Assembly: GCF_009914755.1 (NCBI RefSeq)
Contig: NC_060930.1
Origin: the human T2T-CHM13v2.0 reference genome, Homo sapiens
DNA: 64,000 bases
Direction: 5' to 3' (one strand)
Shown here: in pieces, positions 28,614 through 41,072 of the stretch
Layout: the number at the start of each line of letters is the position of its first letter
How positions within the stretch are numbered: the stretch's first letter is position 1
Program-made: the position numbers and the translations under genes
Notes under the pieces: generated by a model
Told to the model about the DNA's origin: nothing
Seen by the model: only the letters and a program-made list of their open reading frames with translations
Databases searched by the model: none

Positions 28614-28992
28614 TGCATTAGTCAGCTTGGGTTGCCATAACAAAACATCATAAACTGGGTGGCTTTAAGCAGCAGAATGTATTTTCTCACTGTTCTGGAG
28701 GTGGCAGTCTGAGGTCATGGCTCCAGCACGGTCGGGTTCTGGTGCGGGCTCTCTTTCTGGCTTACAGATGGCCACTTTCTCATTGTGTCCCACAAGGCAG
28801 AGACAGAGAGAGGATGCTTTCTGGTGTCCCTTTTTATAAAGACACTAATCTCATCCTGGGTGCCCCACTTCATGACCTAATTAACCCTAATTATCTCCCA
28901 AAGGCCCCATCTCCAAATACCATTACATGGGGTAGGGGGGTAGGGCTTCAACATAAGAATTTTGAGGGCACAAAAATATTTGGTCCACAGCA
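28614..28992 (-). mobile_element. MLT1A0/B-like LTR
   Basis: 'ttagtcagcttgggttgccataacaaa...ccaaaggccccatctccaaatacc...gtccacagca'. Confidence 0.85.
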
Positions 28993-29736
28993 CCTCCTCA
29001 GCCGGGTTTATTCTTATCTGGGTGTGTGATACACATTATGAAAGAGCCTGGGAGTGTTTTTTTCCATGATGGTTAGAGATGAAAGACACATGATCTAGCA
29101 GATGTTCATATTTTGGCCACTAGATGATGAATTTCTGTGGCTGGGTGAAAAGACTGAAACATGATTATGTCAAGGGTGTGGGAGAAAGCAAGAGGGAAGG
29201 AGCCATGCTTTGGCGCGACTCCTTTCCTGCTAGTCTGAGGGGAAGCTGAAGAATGCACTGTGGAGAAGTGAAGGTGGGAATGCGCTTGAGAAATTAAAGT
29301 CAGGATTACTAATTGACACAAAATAAGGGTAAAAATATTTTTAAAAGAATATGAATTACTTTCATGGACTAGTTGGAAATTTGGAGAATGAAAAAGGAAA
29401 TAAAATTATATCTTAGGCCATGATGTATATTTGACTTTAGATATTTTAGGAGACAAGAAGCCCTCAGACCCCACTGGTCCTCCCCTCAGCACCACAGAAC
29501 CAAAGTTCATGCCCTTCCATACCCCCTAAGAGTCAACTGCAGAGAGAAGTTTACTCACTTCCAGGAGAAATCTGGAGAAAATAATGCCTGCTACCATGAA
29601 ATGGGACATTTATAATTCATCACAGAAGGGATGAGCCTTCATCATTTCTGTAGGAAGTGGAAGTGCCTGTTTCCTCATCTACAAAACTGCGATAATAATA
29701 GCACTCACCTCTAAAGGTTGTTGTCAGTTGAGATAC

Positions 29737-29743
<7 letters not shown>

Positions 29744-29788
<45 letters not shown>
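29744..29788. repeat. (TG)n microsatellite (about 22 units) within MIR remnants
   Basis: Direct reading; flanking 'gtttcctcatctacaaaa' MIR core. Confidence 0.9.
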
Positions 29789-29791
<3 letters not shown>

Positions 29792-30216
29792 CATACATAT
29801 ATACATATGTAAAGCTAAAGCACCGGACATTTAGCCTAGTTGGTTCATTGTGGCTGCTCTAAGTGTTAGCTATTACTACTACTCACATAACATTTTACAA
29901 ATGAGGGAACTGAGACTTTAAGAGAGACCAAATATCTATCCCAGGGGTTATATAGTTAGTATGTGGCTGGGCTGTGCTCAAATTATGAACCCCATATATA
30001 CCCACTCAACACTATTCTGCTTCCTCTAATGCAACAGAAGTCATTCACTTTTGTATTATTGCACTGAGACCTGTATGATTCATCCATCAGACTCCCACCT
30101 TCCGTTGTTCCAAATCCATGCTTTGTCAAGCAACCTTTTGTGCCTTCCCAAGATCCTGTGTCAGAGGCGTGCTCTGAATGGCAGTGGATGATCAGTCGTT
30201 AGAAAGGAATATTCCT

Positions 30217-30519
30217 GGCTGGGTGCGGTGGCTCACGCCTGTTATTCCAGCACTTTGGGAGGCCGAGGCGGGCAGCTCACTTGAGGTCAGGAGTTCGAGA
30301 CTAGCCTGGCCAACACAGCAAAACCCCATCTCTACTAAAACAACTACAGAAATTAACTGGGTGTGGTGGTGTGCACCTGTAATCCCAGCTACATGGGAGG
30401 CTGAGGCAGAAGAATCACTTGAACCCAGGAGGCGGAGGTTGGAGTGAGCAGAGATCGCACCACCGCACTCCAGCCTGGGGGACAGAGCGAGACTCGGTGT
30501 CAAAGAAAAAAAAAAAAAA
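30217..30519 (+). mobile_element. AluS (Sz/Sx-like)
   Basis: Perfect 16-bp TSD agaaaggaatattcct. Confidence 0.95.
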
Positions 30520-33468
30520 AGAAAGGAATATTCCTGACATTTCTGTCTATTCTTTGTCGAGTGGGGAGGCATTTTTTTGCCAGTTTGTTTCAGCTTTGTG
30601 CCTGGTAATCACAGACATTACCATTACACACATTCACCATTTACCATTACATACGTATTTGTGGGATAAACAAACAAAATACCTCTGTGGGCAATTGAAG
30701 GAAAAATTGCCCACCAAATCTATTATAAAATCTATCATGTGTTTGCACCCCAATCTAAAGCAATTTAAAAATCCATTCTTTTTTACGGATAAGTGGGAAA
30801 GTCACTTTCACTTTACAAAGTCAATTATTCACTAGAAGATTTCTTTAAAAACTGGACATTGGTTTGTCTGAAATTACACAATAAATATACACGTAAGCAT
30901 GACTTTTGTTAAGTCTTCTTCCGAGTGCCCTACCTTATATTGCAGCCACATTGACATGGCTTGATAAATCTGTCATCTTGGTTCATGCCTCTGTGCCTTT
31001 GCATAGGCTGACCCCTCCCGGAAAGGCCCTTCCACACACTCTACCTGTTGAAACTCTACTTTAATTTCTAGGCCCTTTTCAGGTACCAACACTCACGTGG
31101 TAGTTCTGTTGATCAGAACTGATCTTTCCCTGGTATCTTTCTGCAGTTTTTGTTTGTGTTCATGGTAAACACCTCTGCTACTTCCTAATTATAAGCTCCA
31201 TGAGTAAAAAAGACCTTGGCTAAACTCTTTTTACTTCCCGGTGCTCCATGCCAAATAACTTGTCTTGCAGAGAATGTTCTCACCGTTTCTCCCTAGGTAC
31301 CACTTACAGCAGAGGAGTAGAGGCCTTCAGACTCTTTCAGGAGGGTATTTCTCTGGAGCTGTGGTTTATCTTAAAAATTCATGTGAATTTTACATTCAGT
31401 TCTATCATGTAGTATTAGTAATTTTAATATAAAATTGGTTAAATAGACTCCTATGTAAAATTTAGACTCCAGAAACTTCCCGCTGTTTATGCTCCAATCA
31501 GTTAGACTTTCTAACACATGACTCTGGAGAAGGAAGTGAACTCTCTTTCTGTGGTGCAGAGGGGAGGACCAGTGGGGTCTTAGGGCTCCTTGTCTCCTAA
31601 GAAATGTTCGCATTTCTCAGTTGAACAATGTAAGCAGAAGCTTTAAAATGTTTGTTGAATTAAACAGTGTAATGTAACGTAAAAAGTATTTGTTCCAAAT
31701 GCCAAATAATTGAGAAAACATAGTCAAAACAGAGAGAGGCAGCTTATCCCTCAGAAGCCTAGAATAACATATCAGAGTATTATTTTAAATAAGGTAAGGC
31801 CTCCAAAATGCATTGTACTCACATTTCCTGATGTTTCCCCTACCTTCTCCAATTCTCATGTTCAACTTGTGATGATTGCATTAACACGCTTGTAGCCAGT
31901 TGCTCTGAAAGCCCACCAACAGAATCCCACACAAGGAAAAGTGCCTCCTGATTTCCATTTTGGCAGATATTTTAGCCTATGAGATTTTGGGCCTGTGCTC
32001 ATTCTCATGATTGTGTTAGTAAAAAAGATGCAGGACTTTATAAGTGACTGACACCTAGCATTAATATCTAGTTGCAAAGGAAGTATAATTCAGTTTTTAT
32101 TGACATGCTTTACAGAGATTTCTAAGATGGCCTAAGAAAAGAACAGATTAATAAAAAGCCTTCGGAAATAAGTAAATTGCTGAATGAACATGTAAATAAA
32201 TAAAACACCCCTAACTCTTGCCCTCTGCTAAAATAAATACTAATGCTAAGGGACTTGAAGAAATCATTTCCTAAACAACATTCCTAAACCCCAAAGATGC
32301 TAAATGCTTCCCAAAGGAAATATCTCCATGATAAGCTGATCATGGAATGCAGTGTAACATAGAACTGTCTGGACTCTGTATGGGGAAATGTGTTCATGCA
32401 AAAACCTGGTGCTCTGCATTATAACCTCTAACAATAATCCAATTGAAAATGCCAAAGTGCATTTTCACCAAGCAAAGACTTCTTCCTTTACATCTTTTAT
32501 GTATCCTAGCAAGAGCCTTATTAATATTTTTAAAATGGATAAGGGACAGTAGACCAGCACACAGAACCACATGATGGAATTTTCTATCTCCGTAGTAGCA
32601 CCTCCCTCAATAGCTCTTAAATTCCTCGTATAATGTAGATTTAAATGTCAGCAAAATAAGAGTTAATTGTACATGTACTTGGTGAGGTGTGAAAGAGTGC
32701 TTTTATATTTTTTTTCTCCTTGAATATTTGCTTATATTTCTCCCTCCTTGCCTGCTTACAAAACTAACAGACAGGATTTTCTCTAATCTGGCTTTGACAA
32801 TGTAATGGAATGCCTTGCGTACATTGCCCCTTTTTTTAACGCTTATCAAACAGCGCCGTTCCTTGCATTGGGACTCTCTGAAACAGCCATTGTATCATTT
32901 ATGGCCTGGCTGTCTTTCCAGTGCTGCCGAGTATTTTCTGTTGCACTTGGCTGAGATTGTATACATGCAGTAAAATCACTGAGCTGAGGAAGAGCTGCCT
33001 GCCTGCTGTTCCCGCAAGGCAAACAGCATTCAGAAGGGCAACTCACCAGATTCGATAACATTTCAGTCACACTGTGACGGTGCATACAGGTTTAATCAAC
33101 TTCACCACAGACATAATTCATGGTGGATCCCTTTTGTTTCACTTATAATCAGAATGAATACACACAGGAAGCTCATTTAGCCCCCACCATTCCTCATCGG
33201 CTGCCATGATAAACATCGATTGTATTTTCCAGGGTCAGAAATGATGAAATCAATATCTAACATGGCAAGTTGTATTTGCCCATACTCCTTCATTCAGATT
33301 GCTTGACAAATTTTAAACCTCTTACATTGCATTTATTTTAGGGATTAAGTTTGTGAGCTTATAGATTTAAATGTCAGCAAAGTAAGAATTAGTTGCACAT
33401 GAAACTGACTACATTAAATTTTAAAGTGAAAGTAGGTATTATTAAACCCCACACATAGAAGTATTAAA

Positions 33469-33795
<327 letters not shown>

Positions 33796-33889
33796 CTAAC
33801 TCATTCATTGATTACTTTGTTCATCCTTCCTTTGTCATATATTAATGTAGCACTTAGGATTTTTAAGAGAGCTTGAAAGTAAAAGGTTA

Positions 33890-34223
33890 GGTATTAATCT
33901 GTTTTCTGTTACTACAACAAAATACCTGAGACTGGGTAATTTATAAACAACAGAAGTTTATTTTCTGATAGTTCTGGAGGCTGGGAAGTCCAAGATCAAG
34001 GCATCAGTATTAGGGAACAAATGCTGTGTCCTCACATGGTGGAGGAGCAAAAGAGCAAAGGGGCCTAAGCTGGTTGTCTCCAGCCCTTTTGTAAAGCACT
34101 AATCCATGCATGAGGTAGAGCCCTCATGACTTAATGACTTCCCCAAAGGCCCCCCTTCTTAATACCCCCACAATGGGGACTAAGCTTCAGCATGAATTTT
34201 GGAGACACATTCAAACCATAGCA
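33890..34223 (-). mobile_element. MSTC/MSTD-like LTR
   Basis: 'aaaatacctgagactgggtaatttata...ttctggaggctgggaagtccaagatcaagg...caaaccatagca'. Confidence 0.85.
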
Positions 34224-35572
34224 GGCATTGACATATAAAGGTGACTTCAAATTGTAAAACTTCATAAAAATGTTATATTGGAAGTACTTTTTTGTTTCAT
34301 TTTGTCCATTCATTCATAAAATGTAAGGTAATTACTGTGTGTGGCCCAAGACCTGTGCTAAGAACTGTGTGGATTTAAATAAGAACTAGCCGCCATTCTC
34401 TAGGAGCTCACAGTTCAGTGGAAAAGAAAGAGACACATAAAAAGAAGATAACTGGCAAAGAAGTCACAGATTAGGTTATCTCATCCACAGGAACCTCACA
34501 GGTGATCTGCTCCACGGGCCCTGTAGAGGAGGCAGAAATCAGAGAAAAGAGAAATGCCAGCTCTGAAATGGCTCAAGGTATTTTAGGAATGATGAAAAAT
34601 TAGAGTGCTAGGAACAGGAATAATAAGAAAAGCTACCAGAAAAATGGGAGGAGGAGCCAAAACGTAAAAGGCGATGTATACCATGCTATGGTGCCTAGAC
34701 TTCATTCAGTCATGGAAAACCATTGGCAATTAAACAATTGTATGTCTAATAAAATTTTTTCACCGTGTATTATATTGTGTTATTATTGTGTTACTTAATA
34801 CAGTATTATTGTGTTACTTAATACAGTTTATTTTATGGTAAAATTAATCATAGTAATGATAAGTCAGTGGTGCTACACTAGACCTTATTGATTTCCAAAA
34901 TTCTTATTCTGCTCTTGAACCTCTCTGTGAATGTTTTTAGTTCTTTAAAATGTTGTAAGAACCGTTTAAGACTCAGAAGACATGGGTCCAATTGGCCTTC
35001 GGTAGCTTTGTAACCTTACATAGGCTAATTGCTTTCTCTAAGATCTGGTTCCCTATCTGTCAAATAGGTATAATTGTTCCATGCTTCCAAACGAACTCAC
35101 AGGGTTGTGGTAAAAATTAGGTTAAATATTGCGCATGAATTATTTTTAAGACAGTGGAACACGACACACGAGAAAGGTATTATTATCATTGTCATTATTA
35201 ATTTTATTTGAGAAATTGAGGTCAACCTGAATTACTTGGCAATTAGTGATCTGAAACAATTTTCTTCCCTGGAACACTAGATATGTAACAGCTAATTTAC
35301 AAACATGTAGTAGAAATTTCTTTATTTAAACCTCATTTTTTTGATAATTGATGAAAATGTCTTTAGGTGAATTGCCTGAAAATAAGTCAAAAAGAGAAGA
35401 CACATAGACTACTCTGGTTTGAACAGCCCCCAGGGTCATGCAGTGTGTTATCTGCACAACCATGCACAATGCCTTTGCCAACATAAGAGTTGGGTAAGAG
35501 TAAGAAGGGAATAGTGGAAAAGCACAGATTTTGAAGAGATTTGAGCTCAGAATTTTGCAGAGTTGAAAGATA

Positions 35573-35658
35573 CAGGCTGCTCTGCCTATGGAGTAGCCAT
35601 TCTTTATTCCTTCACTTAATAAATTTACTTTCACTAAAAAAGAAAAAGAAAAAAGGGA
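35573..35658 (+). mobile_element. Short polyadenylated retrocopy of an ERV1 LTR R region (MER41-like)
   Basis: 'ctatggagtagccattctttattcc...aataaatttactttcact' plus A tail; TSD gaaagata (35565-35572, 35659-35666). Confidence 0.7.
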
Positions 35659-36045
35659 GAAAGATATAATTCATTGGCCCCAAAACACACTCAGAGCATG
35701 ACAAATGCACACTCCCAGCTCTACCACTAATTGGCTGTGGACACTGATCAAGATACTTCAACTCTTGGTGCTCTTGTTTCCCTATCTAGTAAAAGAAAAT
35801 ATTAACAATGCTTGCCTATGAGGCTTGTGGTGAAGTAGAAGTGAGTTAAAATTTGTACTCAACATATGGTACAGAGTAGGCACTTGAAACATGTTGGCTA
35901 TTATTACAAAGGAATGCCAATTAGACAGCATATTTATCACTGGCAACAATGAATGACAGAGGATAATACACTAATATCTTTAAAGTACTAAAGGAACAAA
36001 AATTTCCAGTCCAGAATTTTATTAAGCCTAGATAAATTATAAATG

Positions 36046-37035
36046 AAAGAAACTATCATCAGAATGAACAGGCAACCTACAGAATAGGAGAAAAATTTTG
36101 CAATCTCTCCATCTGACAAAGGCCTAATATCCAGAATCTACAAAGAACTTAAACAAATTTACAAAAAAAAAACAAACAACCCCATCAAAAAGTGGGCAAA
36201 GGATATGAACAGACACTTCTCAAAAGAAGATATTTATGCGGCCAACAAACACATGAAAAAAAGCTCATCATCACTGGTCATTAGAGGAATGCAAATCAAA
36301 ACCTCAATGAGATACCATCTCATGCCAGTTAGAATGGCAATCATTAAAAAGTCAGGAAACAACAGATGCTGGAGAGGAGGTGGAGAAATAGGAATGCTTT
36401 TACACTGTTGGTGGGAGTATAAATTAGTTCAATCATTGTGGAAGACAGTCTGGCGATTCCTCAAGGATCTAGAACCAGAAATACCATTTGACCCAGCAAT
36501 CCAATTACTGGGTATATATCCAAAGGATTGTAAATCATGCTACTATAAAGACACAAGCACATGTAATTTTATTGTGGCACTATTCACAATAGTAAAGACT
36601 TGGAACCAACCCAAATGCCCATCAGTGATTGACTAGATAAAGAAAATGTGGCACATATACACCATGGAATACTATGCAGCCATAAAAAAGATGAGTTCAT
36701 TTCCTTTGTAGGGACATGGATGAAGCTGGAAACCATCATTCTTAGCAAACTAACACAAGAACAGAAAACCAAACGCTGCATGTTCTCACTCATAAGTGGG
36801 AGCTGAACAATAAGAACACATGGACACAGGGAAGGGAACATCACACACCAGGACCTGTTGGGGGTTGGGGGGCTAGGGGAGGATAGCATTAGGAGAAATA
36901 CCAAATGTAGATGACGGGTTGATGTGTGCAGCAAACCACCATGGCACGTGCATACCTATGTAGCAAACCTACACATTCGGCACAAGTACCCCAGAACTTG
37001 AAGTATAATAAAATAAAAAATTAAAAATCTAAAAA
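36046..37035 (+). mobile_element. 5'-truncated L1PA (PA7/8-like) inside an older L1M
   Basis: ORF 36205-36636 is the L1 ORF2p C-terminus (CWRG..E.G.LLHCW); 3'UTR with G-rich tract and A tail. Confidence 0.93.
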
Positions 37036-38029
37036 CAATTTCTTAATGGTAAAAGTGCCTGAGAAATAAAGATAGAAAACTATTGCTCAAAATAAATAAA
37101 TAAATGTTTTAAATCACTGAATTGTAAAGAAAAAAATGATATTTTTCATACCAAGCCCTAAAATGTTTACCACTCATTAACCCATACTAAAAGATTATTA
37201 AAGGATGGACTGTGCAAAAAGAAACAAATTCAAAAGGCCTGAGTTACAAGAAACAAAATTCATCATAAAACAAGTCTTAATTAGCTATTGACTATACAGG
37301 TTCTCCTAATTTTTGTTAACAAAATGTAAAAATTAAAATGAGATGAAAATAACAGGAGAGTTGCTCAATGACTAGTTACAGCATGCTAAGGCCTATGTCC
37401 TATACGGTAAGATTAAAATACTGAAAAATCTTAAACATTCTTAGAAAAATATATAGGTAAATATTTATATTTTAAAATTAAGAGTAGTATACTACCCCCC
37501 ACTGCTAAATTTGACTGGCTAAAAAAATACGGGTAATTTGTAATGCATAAAATATTGGAGGGGAAAACTTAAAAAAAGAAAAATAAAGCAGAAAATACAA
37601 AATAAGATGATAGAAACAAGACATTATTGTTTGCAGTAGTATAAATCAGTAAACAATATAACAATTGCCAAAAGGAGAATGGATAAATGTTTGTACAGTT
37701 GTTCGATAGTAAACAATAAAGCAGGTCATGTGAATGAACAAGAGGAGCAGGTGTCAGTGGGCTACAGTCGAAGGAAAAAGAAAGTTTCAAAATATACATA
37801 TGGTATGGTAATATTTATCTAAATTTCTAAAGTATAAAACCACAGGAAGGAAAGGGGAACTGAGATTGGCCAAACCTAACAAATTTGTCCAAAGTTAATA
37901 TTTTCATCTATTGGTGATTTGTTGTCACAATTTCTTAGACTTTTCCAATTGTTTTATGAAAAACATTGTATGTGTTTATTTGGCATTCTTATTTTTTCAG
38001 ATTTATTTAAAATTTTAAATTCTTTAAAA

Positions 38030-39160
38030 ATATTTTTAAATTTTTACGAATACATAACAGTTGTACATATTTACAAGGGACATGTGATATTTTGATATAG
38101 TATATGATGTGTACTGATCACATCTGAGTAATTGTATATCCATCAGCTTAAATATAATTTCTTTGTGTTGGGAGCATTTCAAATCTTCTAGCTATTTTGA
38201 AATATATAATAAATTATTGTTAACTATAATCTCTCTATTGCGCTATTGAATAGAACTTATTCCTTCTATCTACATGTACTTTTGTACCCATTAATCAATC
38301 TCTCATCATCCTCTGATGTCTCTTCCTAGCATCTGGTAAACATTTTTCTACTCCTTACCTCCACGAGATCAATTTTTTTAGCTCTCAAATGATTGAGAAC
38401 ATGCAACATTGTCTTTCTGTGATTGGTTTATTTCCTTTAACTTAATGTCCTCTAGATCCATCCATGTTGCTGCAAGTGACAAGATTTTATTCTTTCTTAT
38501 GGCTGAATCATATTCCATTGTGTATATGTACCACACTTTCTTTCTTTATTCATCCATCCAGTAATGAACACTTAGTTTGATTTCATATCTTGGCTATCAT
38601 GAATAGTGCTGCAATAAATATGGGAGTGCAGATATCTCTTTTGGATATTTACCAAAAACTGAGATTGATGGATCATATGGTAGTTCTATTTTTAGTTTTT
38701 TTGAGGAAGTTTCATACTCTTTTCTATAGTGGTTGTATTAATTTACATTCCACTCACAGTGTACAAGCATTCCCCTTCCTCTGCAATCTTGCTAGCATTT
38801 ATTTTGTCTTTTTGATAACAGCCATTTTAACTAGGGTGAAATGATAACTCATTGTGGTTTTGATTTGCATTTCCCTGTTGATCTTTTTTTCACACATTTT
38901 TTGTCCTTTAGTATGCGTTCTTTTGAGAAATGTCTATTCAGATCTTTTGGCTATTCTTCAATTGGATTATTTGTTCTTTTGCTATTGAATTGAGTTCACT
39001 ATATAGCCTGGTTATTAATGCCTTGTCAAATGGATGGTTTGCAAATATTTATTCCCATTCTATAGGTTGTCCCTTTACTTCATTGATTGTTTCCTTTGTT
39101 GTGCAGAAACTTTTTAGCTTGATTTAATCCATTTTTCAATTTTTGCTTTGGTTGTCTGTG
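38030..39160 (-). mobile_element. L1MA 3' region
   Basis: Antisense 3'UTR and ORF2 end ('ggctatcatgaatagtgctgcaataaa', 'gtgcagaaactttttagcttgat'). Confidence 0.88.
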
Positions 39161-39355
39161 TCTGTTGTTCCCCTCTTTGTGTTCATGTGTTCTCATTGTT
39201 TAGCTCCCACTTATAAGTGAGAACATGTGGTATTTAGTTTTCTGTTCCTGCGTTAGTTTGCTAAGGATTATGGCCTACAGCTCCATCCATGTTGCTGCAA
39301 AGGACATGATCTCATTCTTTTTTATGACTGTGTAGTATTCCATAGTTTATATGTA
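39161..39355 (-). mobile_element. L1PA/PB 3'UTR fragment
   Basis: 'gctcccacttataagtgagaacatg...gcaaaggacatgatctcattc'. Confidence 0.85.
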
Positions 39356-40027
39356 AGAAAAGTTTTAGAGACATTGTCCCATGAACCCATTTAACAAACA
39401 AGAAAATTAAATCCAAGAAATTAAGTAAATTATCAAAGGTCACATAACCAGCAAATGGTAGCTTCAGGATTAAAGTTCATCTCTCTTGTCGTATACTTTT
39501 AACTGTTGGGAATTTGGAGTATGACCCATTGTGCATTTTTAAGAAGTTTCAGGAACATGGGTAATGGGAAAGCAGGATGTGCACACATAGTTCGGTTCTT
39601 CTGCTTTCTCTCCTGCTGTGTTCTTTCATATCTTTCACGTCATAAGAAAACCAATACAGTTGAAAAATCAGATAAATACTGAATCTTTGGTAGTTCTAAG
39701 TGATCAGATTCTCTGAGAGAATCAAAAACTCATATAATACAAGATTTTTATTTTTAATAATCTGGCACTTTCTCATTGAACTGTCTCATTATAGTCTAAT
39801 ATACAAATCAAACACAAAAAGGAAATAAGGATTTCTCGGGTTATAGTTACGACGATAAAGTGCCAGATTAAGAGCATAATCTCAGTAGGGCATAGAGGCT
39901 GACATAATAGGACATCATAAACAAAAACAGAACATAGTTTCCAAATAAGGAGAAAAAAAGAAGATTACTTTCAATTTTTAGTGTAATATAAAAACCTTAA
40001 AGACTAGCCTTAAAAATAAGCAGTGTG

Positions 40028-40377
40028 AACTTCTGGTGCTGGCCAAGATTGAGTAAGCCCAATATAGACCATCCCTCACTGATGATAACTAAAATCTGGA
40101 CAAAATTTAAAAAGTAACTACTTGAGGACTTTGAAAAGTAAACAATAGCATGTAGATTGGGAAGGAACATCAAAACTTGAAGCACAACCCAACACAATCA
40201 TGAGCTTTCTGTATTTCTGTATTTCTTTCTCTCCTTAATCTCCCAACTTTGACCTGAAGGTAAGCCAATTCTGGGAACTGCACAGTGGGTGTGGACAACA
40301 AAAATTACAAGAGAAACTACCTCTTTCTAGCCAAAAGACTGGGGAAGGGATGCAGCTGAATACTGGGGATCCCCTTT
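40028..40377 (+). mobile_element. Old L1M 5' end fragment
   Basis: 'acttctggtgctggccaagat' start; 'ctaaaatctggacaaaat'. Confidence 0.5.
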
Positions 40378-40880
40378 TGCAATGGACTGAATGTTTGCTC
40401 CACCCACAAAATTCACATGTTGACATCCTAACCTGTAAGGTGATGATATCAGGAGGTGAGGTCTTTGGGGGATGATTAGGTCATGGAAATGGAGCCTCAT
40501 GATGAGGATTAATGCGCTTAATAAAAGAGGCCCCAGCTGAGCACGGTAGTGCACCTGTAATCTCAGTTGCTCAGGAGGCTGAGGCAGGATGACAGCTTGA
40601 CCCCAGGAATTCGAGTTCAGTCTGAGAAACATAGTAAGACTCTGTCTCTAAAAAAAAAAAAAAGAGGCCCAAAAGAGCTGCATTGCTCCTTTCACTGTTA
40701 GAGCATGCAGTGGGAAGTCTACAGTGGGCAGCTCAGAAAAGGGCCTTCACCAGAGCCTGATCATGTTGGCATCTGTATCTTGGAATTCTGGCCTCCAGAA
40801 CTGTGAGAAATAAATTTATATTGTTTTTAAGCCATGCAGTCTATGGAAATTTATTATAAGGGCCTGAGCAGATTAAGACA
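40378..40880 (+). mobile_element. MLT1A-like LTR containing a FLAM monomer (about 40535-40663)
   Basis: tg...aagaca ends; 'ggcctccagaactgtgagaaataaat'; FLAM flanked by TSD aaaagaggccc. Confidence 0.85.
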
Positions 40881-40888
40881 TCCTTCCC

Positions 40889-41072
40889 TGTATTAGTCTG
40901 TTTTCATGCTTCTGATAAAGACATACCCGAGACTGGGCAATTTAAAAAAGAAAGAGGTTTAATTGAACTTACAGTTCCACATGGCTGCAGAAGCCTCACA
41001 ATCATGGCAGAAGGCAAGGAGGAGCAAGTCACATCTTCCACGGATGGCAGCAGGCAAAGAGAGAGAGCTTGT
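40889..41072 (-). mobile_element. THE1B-like LTR, truncated
   Basis: 'tgtattagtctgttttcatgcttctgataaagacatacccgagactggg' stops abruptly at 'gagagcttgt'. Confidence 0.88.

Noticed and set aside
29485-29505. REST/NRSE-like tcagcaccac
   Set aside because: Only the left half-site matches; GGACAG is absent
36205-36636. 143-aa ORF
   Set aside because: C-terminal fragment of L1 ORF2p in a 5'-truncated copy, not a gene
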